NCBI GenBank assembly: GCA_028534125.1
Contig: CM052816.1
Span: forward strand, 69,070,001 to 69,134,000
DNA: 64,000 nt
Reading direction: 5' to 3'
Origin: Lama glama
Lineage: Eukaryota
Position 1 is the first letter of the stretch. Each line of letters starts with the position of its first letter. A model generated the notes under the pieces. The model was not told where the DNA came from. It made no database searches and saw only the letters and a program-made list of their open reading frames with translations. The translations under genes and the position numbers were made by a program. Shown one piece after another: positions 12,359-23,482 of this stretch.

Positions 12359-14244
12359 TAACCCAGTAGATTGTGAATGTTATTTTCTAAAGACAAAGGG
12401 TCTAGACCACCAAGCTACAAGATGGTGCAGCACATCCATGATGTCTGGCTGGTGGTCAACACAAAGAGAAAAAAGGTCTTTGGTGAGAGTAGTGGCCAGT
12501 CAGGTGACAGGAAGGGACAGGAAGAAAGCAAGGAAAACAGCAAAGAAGTTAGAAACAGTAAGCCTTTGACCTTAATTTATTAAAACCCCAGCTTTGAGTA
12601 AATGATTGTGCAGGCAGACCCAGGAGCTTACCCACGGCTAATCTAACTAGAAATTTGTACGTTGTTAAAAAATCACTGGAGTTTGTAAAGTCCATTTTCA
12701 TTTGCTCAAAATAATTGGATCTAGGAATAGGCTTTTTAATGCTTTTAGTTATATTACAGTTTGGTTCATTATTCAGCCTCTGCATTTTAAGTGAAAAATT
12801 TAGTGGCGCTTAGACCTTTGGGACTTGTCTCTTTGTCTTTGCAGTTTACTCCACGGTCGTTGCTTGGGTAGCCTGGGGATGGTGTGTTCTGGCTAGTCGA
12901 CCTTTGGGGCCTCCCCCTCTGTTTTCAGCTGCCTTTCTCCCTCTCCCTACACTTTTCCTTGTCGTATTGATACCTGTCGAACTCATTCTCAGCAAAGTGA
13001 CCTGAGAAGTAGGTTGGAGGCTCGCGTGACGAACTGTAGATGTCAATTATTATTCAACGCAGTTATAGAAGTTTACGTTTGTCATGGAGTAAAGTGCTGG
13101 ACATCTTTCATACTGGTGTCCTCTTCACAGCCCTGCAGGGAACCGCCGTGATGAGTGCCCTCGTGGTAGAACGGGGGCCCTGAGGCCCAGAGCAGGCACA
13201 GGGGAAGGTGTGGACTTGAAGTGAGTGTGTCCAAGCCTGACTCTCTGGCCACCGAGCTCTGCGGCTCACGCCCGCACCCCCCCCACCTCCGCCCCGACCT
13301 GTGACCCTATGACGGGCTCCAGCCCGCTCTGTGGTCCATGTGATCCAGGGCTGTTGCCTGGCCAGGAGAGCTCCCCAGCGCCATTGTGCCTCTTGCTCCT
13401 CCCGAAGCGGACTTAGAGGAGTGGGTTTGCAGCGGTTGTAGCCATACGTGTGTGTCTTTGCTCGGGAACCTCAGCAGAGAAGTTGTGTATTTTGCTGCGT
13501 ATGCAGAACTGCAGGGTGAGAAGGAGGCGGGGGAGGGACCTGGGGTCTAGAGAGACACAAGAGCAGAGCTGAGGTTGGCTGAGGGAGACGCAGGCTGGGG
13601 AGTTGGGTCGTGAACCCTTAGGCTTCTTTATGAAAAGGAATTGACGCCCCCTTGTAGGCTGGGCTTTCCGTTCTGAAGTGCTACCAATTATCAGAGGCAC
13701 CTTCAACTTAATAGTAGCTTTACTGTATTTAAATGTACCTGTCAATTTAAGATGTTCAGAACATTAAGTTGTGAGGAGGAAAAAGTGTACCCTAGACTTT
13801 GTCTCTGTCTTCCCTTAAAATGAGAGAAACATGGTTTCTGCCAGGAACTCTGAGTCGCTCCAGCAGTTTGCCTAAATCCCCTCTCCCATCCTTGATACAG
13901 AGTGTTTATCTCAAGAAAAAAAGGAAGAGTAGCTGAGGGCAGGGCCCTTTTCCTTTATTCCTACCTGCATCCCTGGATAGCTTGAGTCCCGACCGGGAAA
14001 GGTGCAACTTCCCAGATTTGAGGGAGACGGTCATTTGACACTGGCTCTTTCTGAGCTTATTTTTGTTTACCTAGTAAGAAACTCATTCTCTGCCTTAAAA
14101 GTTCTGGATTAAAAGTAGGAGACCAGAGTTTAGGGTTTGTAAACTGCCCGATTTAAGCAAAATTTCTCTGGGTCTCACCTTCCTCAATAGCAAAGCCATA
14201 AGTGGGTTGCAGGGTGTGTGTGTGTGTGCATGTGTGTGTAAAGG

Positions 14245-15195
14245 CACATGGGGTGAAGTCCAGAAGAAACTAGTTGTTGTAAGACTCCTCTCCCCGTGAA
14301 GTCACACAGGATGCACTTAATTCCTCCAGCAGCAAGTTATGACGACTCGCGGGAAGCACTGTCTACCAGGGAAGATCATTAGATCCTTAGTGCCCAAGGT
14401 TTTTATGGCGGCTGGTCAGGTAGACACCCTCTGCCTAGTGTGTACCAAAGCCCCAGATTCCCAGAAGGAAAGCAGGTGTCCAGCACAAACCACATCGTTT
14501 GTGCTGTTGAAATGTTGCAGAAAATCGTGTTACAGCTGAATTGTGACAGCAGTCTGGATCCGGGTGAGAGACCAAGTAGCACTTGGAGAGTTGGAGAACT
14601 CAGGTTTATTACACCAAGGGGCCCAGGAAAGTTAACACTCCAAGCTCTGGACCCCGTCTGTAGGTTTACACAGGCTTTTATAGGCTGCCAGTTTACACTT
14701 TGCAACATCATATGCAAATAAAGCATAACAAAAATTGACTAATTATGAACAAGCTTTGTAGAAATGAACCAATCAGGAGGGAGAGAAATAACCAATCAGG
14801 AGTGAACTCCATGCAAATGAAGTACTACAAATGGGCCAATCAGGAGTGAGGGAAATGGACCAATCAGAAGTTCGCTCAGGGAACCAATAGGATTTTAGGG
14901 GTAAGTTCCACTTTCCTAGAAGTAAGCCCTCTCAGAGGCAAAAAGTGAGATAGAGCCTCTGGACCAGGGAACCTGATGATGCTGGCAGGAGAGTAGTGGC
15001 CTGCCTGGGGATCCTGCCAGTCTTTTTTATGGGGCTTCCCACCTCATAGATACAGTGAGCCACTCATTATTTAGGGAAAGTTTTATATCAGTACAGGACA
15101 GTGTTTAACAGCTGAGTTCCCAGGTGCCAGCCAAGTGCCAACTTGCAAGCAGGTTTTCTAAGGAAAGGCAGTTTTAACCCTGACTTACCTCTTTT
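14245..15195. mobile_element. Older LTR (MER21-like) interrupted by the solo LTR above
   Basis: GTCACACAGGATGCACTTAATTCCTCCAGCA..CCAGATTCCCAGAAGGAAAGCAGGTGT..AAACCACAT resumes after the insert as ACAGTGAGCCACTC..GCCAGCCAAG..CTTGCAAGCAGG. Confidence 0.65.
14513..15046 (-). mobile_element. ERV solo LTR, antisense to the host gene
   Basis: TG...CA ends; the left end could instead be 14505. On the minus strand the order is CCAAT cluster, TATAAAA (14676-14682), AATAAA (14605-14610), i.e. U3-R-U5. Confidence 0.75.
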
Positions 15196-17566
15196 TTTCT
15201 GAATAAAGGCTGGGGTGGGGGTGCTTAGGTGAGAAAGCAAAGAACTATGGATGTTAGAGGGAAGAGCATTCCCAGCAAAGGAATAATCCAGAGTAAAAGT
15301 TGCAGCTTTGGCATGTTCGAGGACAGGAAAGCTCAGAGTGACCAGAGCAGATGGAGGGAGGAGAGTGGTCAGTTATTAGGTTCTGTGGTGAGAGTTGATT
15401 TCTGGGCATAAGGACCCCTTATGCTAGACCATTTCAGTCCCTTGGCCTTCCAGAGATGATGATGGGGAAGTGGACCAGCATTTTTTTGAGCCTCTGCTGT
15501 GAGCCAGGCTCAACTCTAAAAGCATTGCCTATGACTTCTCATTCAATTCTTTCAACAACCCTTGACACAATGATGATTAAATAGACTTGGGGCACAGAAA
15601 AGTTAAGTCACGTGACCAAGGTCCTACAATTAGTAAGAGAGTAAGTTTTAAGCCCAGCTAGTCTGAACAGAGTCTGCTCTGCTATCGACAATGAGAATGA
15701 TCTGGAACAGTGTTTTAAAACTCCAGGTTGCAAACTGTTAATACACTGTGAAATTAATTGAATGGATCAGGACCAATGTTTTTTAAACAAATGAAATAGA
15801 ATAGAACAGGTAGTATCACAATACTCGGTGTATTGTGAGGGTAGGATTGTCATATGAAACTTTCGCTTCATTTTAAACATACACATATACAAATGCACGT
15901 GCGTGTACTAGGTTGTTGGTAAAATGTAGTCCTTACTTTGGGTGTTAATCAGAAAACATTGTATGCCACTGATTTAGCAACGTTAAATGTTTTTATCTGA
16001 ACAAATGACTTTTTCAAGTTATTCTTCTTTACAGTTTGAGTAAAGTCCTAGGAGTTCATTTCTGGAAACTTCTATTTAGTAGGGCGCCTAGAAATGGGTA
16101 CTGGAGGGTTATAACAGAGTTGATGCAGCCTATAAGAACTCCCTTCCCCAAATACCCATTCATCAGGGTACTTTATCACATGCCAGAGGTCTCTGAGTTC
16201 AGGGGAGGAGGGATAGATTGTCACCCTCAACTTTGAAGTCTCCCCGCGACCACCCATCATCATAGCCCTGCCTGCCCATTCGCTGCCCAATCTGCCTTGT
16301 TCTGTCCAGCAGGAAGAGAGGTGGGCACAGAGGGATCAGGTACAGTGTCTGCAAACCTGGCTGATTCACTGTAGGTACTGCTGGTATGGCCCAAAGTCAT
16401 GGTGCGGAGGGGAAATACAGAAAAAGGAAGAACGTAATAAATTATAAAGTTTTAAATATTCAAAGAAAAATGGAAGTAGACCAGGGCATTTAATTACAAC
16501 ATTGCTTTCCTATTATATATGGTATAATGTGAATGAAATTAGCTTAAGAATTTTAAAGTAAGGAAATCTTGTGCACTCAAAGTTTGTGATATAATTCCAA
16601 TAACTATTATCAGTCTTAGCATAATTTAGACCCAATGAAAAAGAGCCAAGAGGTAGCCAGGAATTGGTCTTGCTAATTTTGAGAGCCCATGTTGGGAGTT
16701 TATGGCATCTAAGATATCCTTTACCTTATGCCCCTAATCTTTTTTTATTGGAGTATGATAGCTCTATCACATCCATGAGAACGTGTAATAACAACAGCAA
16801 TTGAACATAGAAAACTTCCTGGAAAAACAGTGTGTGTTGGACATATTGCAAGGTGTTCTCACAAATTGATAACTTTTAGTACAGCTGAAGAATTGTCACA
16901 CATCAGGCTTGTTAACTTTCTGAAAACTAATGTGTAAAGCTTATGCGTTTCATTACAATAGCAGAGCTGTGGGAATGCATTTTCCAACAACAGATAGTTT
17001 CGCCAAAGCTATGGTTACTAATTACTTTTTTACAGGCAAAAGGTTCAAATTTAGGGAATTATTTCAGATAGCGATTTTTCTTTTTCTAGATTTCAGAGCA
17101 TAGTAAACACTAATAGTAACTATCATTTATATAATCATAATGGTAGCTAATGCTTACATAGCACTGATTCTGTTTCTGGCATTGTTCTAAGCATTTTACA
17201 TTTATTTACTCATTTAATCTTCAACAACTCTCCAGGATACAATTTTTATTTTAAGGATGAGGAATCTGAGACACAGAGAGGCTCACATACTTGCCCAAGG
17301 TCAGAAGTGGAAGAGCTGTTGGTTAGGCAGTAAGAGGCAGAGCTAGGGTGCAAGTTTTTGCTCATAACCATGACACTCTACTGCCTCTTCCTTCACAGTT
17401 CTAGAATTCCAAAGATCTGGTGAAGTAGATAAATGAAGTACTGCTGTTATTTTCATTTTAAAGAAGAGAGAAAGCTCCAGAGGTTAGGTGACTTGCCCAA
17501 AATAGCCAAGTTGGACAGTGGCAGAGTCAGGCAAAAGCAGTTCTAAATAGGAATTAATAAGGCCTG

Positions 17567-18035
17567 TGTATTATGATGGGTTCTCCAGAGAAACAGAACC
17601 AATGGGTGTGTGTGTGTGTGTGTGTGTGCACGTTGTGTGTGTATATATTGTAAGGGATTAGCTTATGCAATTATGGAGGTGGGCAGGTTCCCAGACATGT
17701 AGGTGAGTTGGCAACTGGAGATCTGGGAGAGATAATGGTATGGTTCCCATATAAAAGTTGACAGGAAGAGTCAATGTCCCAGCTCAAAGACAGTCAGGCA
17801 GGAAAGAATTCTCTTTACTTGGGGGAGAATCAGCCCTTTTGTTCCACTCAGGCCTTCAACTGATTGGATAGAGCCCACCCATATGAGGGAGAGCAATCTG
17901 CTTTACTCACTCAACCAACCCATTTAAGTGTTAATCTCATCCAAAAATATCCTCATAGAAACACCCAGAATAACATTTGACCACATATATGGGTACCTTG
18001 TGGCCCACTCAAGCTGACATAAATTTAACCATCAT
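17567..18035. mobile_element. MLT2-type (ERVL) LTR with internal (TG)n
   Basis: GGGTTCTCCAGAGAAACAGAACCAAT...CAGGCCTTCAACTGATTGGAT...AATCTGCTTTACTCA...TTAACCATCA. Confidence 0.85.
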
Positions 18036-18666
18036 AGTCTTTGGATTCTATACTGTCTTTGACTTTCAAACAGCATTTTCTCAAGAACCTTCAGACTACT
18101 CCACATGACCGCACACTCTCCTCACTTGGCATTGGAACTTAGAGGAGGTGGCAAGAAGGGTCATCTGTGTCTACTTGGGAGAAGGAAGTGGGGGTTTAGG
18201 GGTAGGGCTGCTGATAGCATCCTGATAGCATCCCAGAGGGGAGTTCGGAGGCAGAAATCTAAACGTTAACCACTCTGTCCCAGCATTTCAAGTACACTTC
18301 TTTCTCCTGAAGTACTTTAAACAACATTGCCTTAAGCTACAGGACTTGTGGCTGGCTGATCAAGGCCATTCAGTGGAACAGGAGATCATTTCTGTTGTGA
18401 CGAGCTGGAGTTAAGAATTGGAGTTAGATCACGTTGGGGGAATCCTTTGCATTTTACTCTGAAGTATGTTCTACTAAGTGCTTTTGTATTCAAGCATGAT
18501 GGGTGATTTTTGTGCTTACTGGGTGAAATGTATTGGTGTCCACAAGGGGGCTTCATTTTTCCATTTTTCAACTTTTGCTTTCAGTAATACTGTATATTTT
18601 GTTTTGTTGTTGTTGTTGTTTGTACCAAAAATAGAACTACTTGTTTGTTTCTGATAAGCACTTGCC

Positions 18667-18863
18667 GCCGGGCGCGGTGGCGCGCGCCTGTAGTCCCAGC
18701 TACTCGGGAGGCTGAGGCAGGAGGATCGCTTGAGCCCAGGAGTTCTGGGCTGTAGTGCGCTATGCCGATCGGGTGTCCGCACTAAGTTCGGCATCAATAT
18801 GGTGACCTCCCGGGAGCGGGGGACCACCAGGTTGCCTAAGGAGGGGTGAACCGGCCCAGGTCG
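18667..18863 (+). ncRNA. RN7SL: 7SL (SRP) RNA copy, nt 1-197 visible and the rest in an N gap; probably a young retrocopy
   Basis: Begins GCCGGGCGCGGTGGCGCG and continues into the S domain (GTGCGCTATGCCGATCGGGTGTCCGCACTAAGTTCGGCATCAATATGGTGACCTCCCGGGAGCGGGGGACCACCAGGTTGCCTAAGGAGGGGTGAACCGGCCCAGGTCG), which Alu/B1 elements lack. Confidence 0.95.
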
Positions 18864-18963
18864 NNNNNNNNNNNNNNNNNNNNNNNNNNNNNNNNNNNNN
18901 NNNNNNNNNNNNNNNNNNNNNNNNNNNNNNNNNNNNNNNNNNNNNNNNNNNNNNNNNNNNNNN
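18864..18963. other. Assembly gap (100 N)
   Basis: Run of N; the round number suggests a placeholder length. Confidence 0.99.
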
Positions 18964-20046
18964 CTTGCCATCACTAAAAAGAGCTTTGAATGCTAAGGAC
19001 GTTGGAAGAATGAGGGCAGCAAGTCTGAAACAGTGCTTGGAGGCCTGAAGGCTGGGAAGGGTCAAACAGTGGGACAGTCAGATCACAGATATTTCACATC
19101 CCTTATATGAAACTCAAAACAAACTTCTGAGTTTTTAAATATTAAGATCATAATTTAGGTTATATTGGATCATAATTAGGTTTCTAAGTCTCACTAACCT
19201 CCTATTTAAGTTAAAGGTGAATTAAAAAATATGTCATTCCAGATTCAAGTGTTAATTTTTTCAGGTATATATTCCTTAAACCATTATTTCTTGGGCTTTG
19301 GATCACTTTTAAATCTGAATTCAAGTTTGAAGTCTTTGTTTTTCTTTTCCCCACCTACTTGAAGTTTCTGTTACCAAGTACGAGGCACTAGATCAGGCCT
19401 CACCCAAAGCAGTGGGGCTGTTAGTTGAACTCAGTTTGGTTGGAGTGGAACTGAAGACCTGAGGTTACTAGCTCTTGTTTTGAGTGGCAGGTTTTACATT
19501 TATTTTGGAAGAGGGTATCTTCCAGACGCAAGAGGGGCAAAAGCAGTGTTTCACAGAAGGGAAACTGCAGTGGAAAACATACTTCATCTAGCTTTTGTGT
19601 GCGTCATGTTGGAAAAAATGAGTATCTGCGAGTCACAGGAAGAGAAGTGGCAGCGTGCTTCCAAATCAATTTGAGTTCCTGAAGAAATGAGGGTAAGATA
19701 CACAGACGGATTTAAATATGTTAAAAGTGAAAAACTAGAATGATTGCTCTTGGAATTTTGTTAAGCAGTCCAACTTCTATATTTTATAGAAACTGTAGCT
19801 TTCCCATGGATTAACAGAAGGCCAAAACCTTATAATTTGAACATTAGGTTGATTAGCATTTCTGGTAGTTATTAACAAAATTGATGCCATTAGAGTTTAG
19901 GGCTGAAAAATCCTTGGGGGACATATTCCAAATGCCAAGATATAGGAGTATCCATTGATGACACAATCATTAAATGGACAAACTACTCACCCCAAATTAT
20001 GGAGGAATGCTGTGGAATGAAAAATGTGCAGTACATGTTATAAGAC

Positions 20047-20322
20047 AGCCAGTTTATGGTCACCAAAGGGGAAAAGAGGGGAGGAGGAATAAATTAGGAG
20101 TATGGAATTAATAGATACAAACTACTATACATAAAATAGATGTCACACAGATTTACTGAATAGCACAAGGAACTATATTCAATATCTTGTAATAACCTAT
20201 AATGGCAAAGAATCTGAAATATTTTTGTACATGTATGTAACTGAATCACTTTGCTGTATACCTGAAACTCACATAATATTGCAAATCAACTATACTTCAA
20301 TAAAAAAGAATTAAAAAAAGAA
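20047..20322 (+). mobile_element. LINE-1 3'-end fragment
   Basis: Same 3' UTR motif as at 8101 (AGCACAAGGAACTATATTCAATATCTTGTAATAACC...CAACTATACTTCAATAAAAAA). Confidence 0.8.
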
Positions 20323-22663
20323 TAGTCTCAAAAGTGGTAGTCATCACACTCCAAAGGGCTTTTAAGTAATATTAAAAAGTCACATCCATCCTCAGGGTCA
20401 AATCTAATGAAGAAGACACAAAGCTCATATTTATTGAATACTTACTATGTGCCAGGTAAAGCTTGTTCTAAGCATTTTACCTATCTTAAATCACTCATTA
20501 TACATAATAATTCTATTATTTCTGGTTGACTAATGAGGAAATTGAGGCACAGAGAAATGTGCCCGAGGTTTCATAGCTAAAGTGGAGTATCATATCTGAT
20601 AGGAAAATGTAGGAATCCTGTATACTTTCTAATCTCTCTCTTTCAAATCTTGCTTAGTTATTTCATAAACTGCCTTTCCTACTCAGGAGAACAGCCCCTT
20701 AGACCAGAGAGATTATCGACTAAATCACTTAGGCTTGAATTTTTAAATAACTTGGTGACAAGCGTAAAAGATGATAAGGTTCTAGTCAGAACAAGGAAGG
20801 ACACATAAGCTTGGGAAGACATTTCTGCGGGGAAGACATTTGTCAGTACAGACAAATATGAAAATCTAGTTAGTGATAAAGCTGCTGTCTTTAGCGTTAG
20901 TGAAATATCACGTGGCAGCATGACTTGAGAAATTCGAAACAGCCTAATTCCATCAGATGTGATTTGACATCTCAACAAGCACTTTAAACTCAGCATATTC
21001 AAAACTGAACTCCTTTGCTGTACATTGTAAATCAACTACACTTCAATAAAAAAAAGAAAAAAAAACGCCTGTAAATCAACTACACTGTAAATCACCTACA
21101 CTGACATAAAAAATAAGGAAAAAACAAAAAAAACCCCTGAGCTCCTGATCTAACTCCTCAGATCCACTCCTCCTGCAGCTGCCCTCCTTTCGGCTGATGG
21201 TAACCCCATCCTTCCAGCAGCTGAGGCCCAAACCCTGTCCTCATTGCCTTTCCTTCTTCCGCACCTCACCACACCTAGTGCATCAGCAACTCCGCTGGCT
21301 TTACTGTCCACACACACCTGGAGCCTGAGCATTTCTTACCATCGCTCCAGCTCCCCCAACTCTCCTCTCATCTCTTTTGGGGTTATTGCAGTTGACTCCC
21401 AGCTGGCCACCCTGCTTCTGCCCTTGCCCTCCACAGTGTGCCTTTGACCCAGAAGCCACCAGGATCAGTTAAGACCCAAGCCAGACCAGGTTACACCTCA
21501 CCTAAAGCCCCACGATGATTCCCTGTTGCACTCCAGTAATGCCGGAGTTCTTCCAGCGACCTTCGAGAGCCTGCAGGACTGGACCTTCCATGCACGTGAG
21601 ACTCACCGCCTTTTCTTCTTCATCTTGCCTGTTCTGGTCCCATCACCCTGACCTCCTTGCTGCTCCTCAGACAGCCGAGCCTCGCTCCACCCTCTGCCCA
21701 GACGTTCTTCTCCACCTGTCGCTGTGGCTCCTGCCTCACCTCCTCCCAGTTTTCCGCCAGTGAGCCTTCTACTTACCATTCTCACACTCCTGAGCGCCTC
21801 ATTTTGCTTCATTTAAAATTGTTTTCCACAGTGCCTATGGTCTTCCCACAGACGATGTAACTGATTTCTTCCTCATGCCTATTGTTTCCTCCCTGTATTC
21901 CCCCTCCTCTCCTGCGCGAATGTGCGATTTGTGAGGACAGGACTCAGTTTTGTCTACTGATGTATTGCAAGCGCCCAGAATGTTGCCTGGAACATAGCAG
22001 ATGCTCAGCAAATGATGAATTGTTGACTAATGTAAATAGATTTTAAATGTAATTGGAAAATAGAGACTGTTACTCAGAAACCATTGCAGTGAGCTACCAG
22101 CACAGCAAACATTGTAAGGCCTAAGGGACTGGATATTTGTTTTTCTGCAAGACAGGTAGGATAAAGGAAAATAATAAGAAATATGCAGTGTGTGTTTTGC
22201 CCTCAACTATTTAAGAGCTGATGAAAGCATTTGCTTCTTTAATGAGTAGAAATCCTTACATCAACCCTATGAGGAGGTTCTGTGATTATTTGAAATTCCA
22301 CATAGAGCCCTTAGCAGATGTCAGCCACACAGAAGTACTTAGGAACCACCAGCTGTAATTGCTGTGATACTTTATAGAAATGCATATGCAGTTTAAATAA
22401 TTGATTTTGAATAAGTAACTATGCATCCTATTTTATTGAAACCTCATACATTAAATAAAGACTACCACATGCCCTGTATTTCATCTGGCATTTAATTACA
22501 CGTGTGTCTTGAGTTAAGAATCCTCATGCTTTAGAAACCCTGGAGAACTGCTTTAGTTTTTAAATCTTTGTGCAAGGGGGTAGGGTCTCATAGCTATTCA
22601 ATTTACTAACTTTATTTGATTGGAGTTGATCCTTGCAAGATCTGTGATCTTCTTCTCTTTAAG

Positions 22664-22862
22664 GTGTGGGCGAACTCTGTCACTGAGATTACCAGTGGTG
22701 ACCTCTGTGCAGAAGATGGGGACTCCTCCCTGCAGGACCTTACCTACTTGGTCTCTCCACCCAGCAATGGACATTTGGCTCTCAAGTCGTTTCCTGGCCG
22801 AAGCATCCAGAACTTTACCCAGGCTCAAATCAATGAAGGCCAGTTAGTGTTTGTACACACTG
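22664..22862 (+). CDS. CSPG4B: CSPG4B coding exon (199 nt, phase 0/1)
   Basis: Acceptor ttctctttaag|GTG. Translation VWANSVTEITSGDLCAEDGDSS...PPSNGHLAL...FTQAQINEGQLVFVHT. Donor CTG|GTATGT. Confidence 0.92.
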
Positions 22863-23444
22863 GTATGTCACAGAGGAAAACAATGTGAAACTAAAATGTG
22901 TTTAATCAGAGATTAACATGTAGTCAAGCCTAAGAGCTGCTGATGGAAAACTACAAGCCATCTAAAAACCTTCCAGACTCTGTACCTTTTTCAAAGTGGC
23001 ACGTTTTAGTAAGGCCAATAACAGCAAACATTAGAGGGTACCTATAACTTACACGTGGCTTATTCACATTGTCGTGTAAGGCCTGCACTCAAATACAAGC
23101 TTCTCAGAGAGCCTTTTCCTGACCACCCACTAAAACAGCATCTCTTCTGTCGCCCTCCATCCCCTAGCCTGGCTATCCGACCTTGTCGTGTAGATTGACT
23201 TGCTCATTCGTTTGTTGTCTGCCTTCCCCACTAGAGTGTAAGAGCTATAAGAAGAGGGTCTTTCTTCTGTTCACTCTTGTATCCTCAGCACCCAAGAACA
23301 GTGACTTGAACATAGTAGGTGCTTAATAAACTTTTGTTGAAAGGATGGAATCATGTTGAATACCTGTTATGTGCCAGGTAATATTCCAGATGCTGGGGAT
23401 ACATTAGTGAATACAAAAAAAACATTTGTTAAATGAATGAAGAC

Positions 23445-23482
23445 ATGAATGAATGAATGAATGAATGAATGAATGAATGAAT
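23445..23482. repeat. (GAAT)n microsatellite, likely from an L2 tail
   Basis: Direct reading; adjacent L2-like sequence at 23040-23440. Confidence 0.9.

Noticed and set aside
14761..14890. CRISPR-like repeat-spacer array
   Set aside because: Eukaryotic context; these are degenerate tandem CCAAT units within an LTR U3, without unique spacers or cas genes.
18667..18863. Alu element, implying primate DNA or contamination
   Set aside because: It contains the 7SL S domain that Alu lacks, and I recognised no other Alu in 64 kb.
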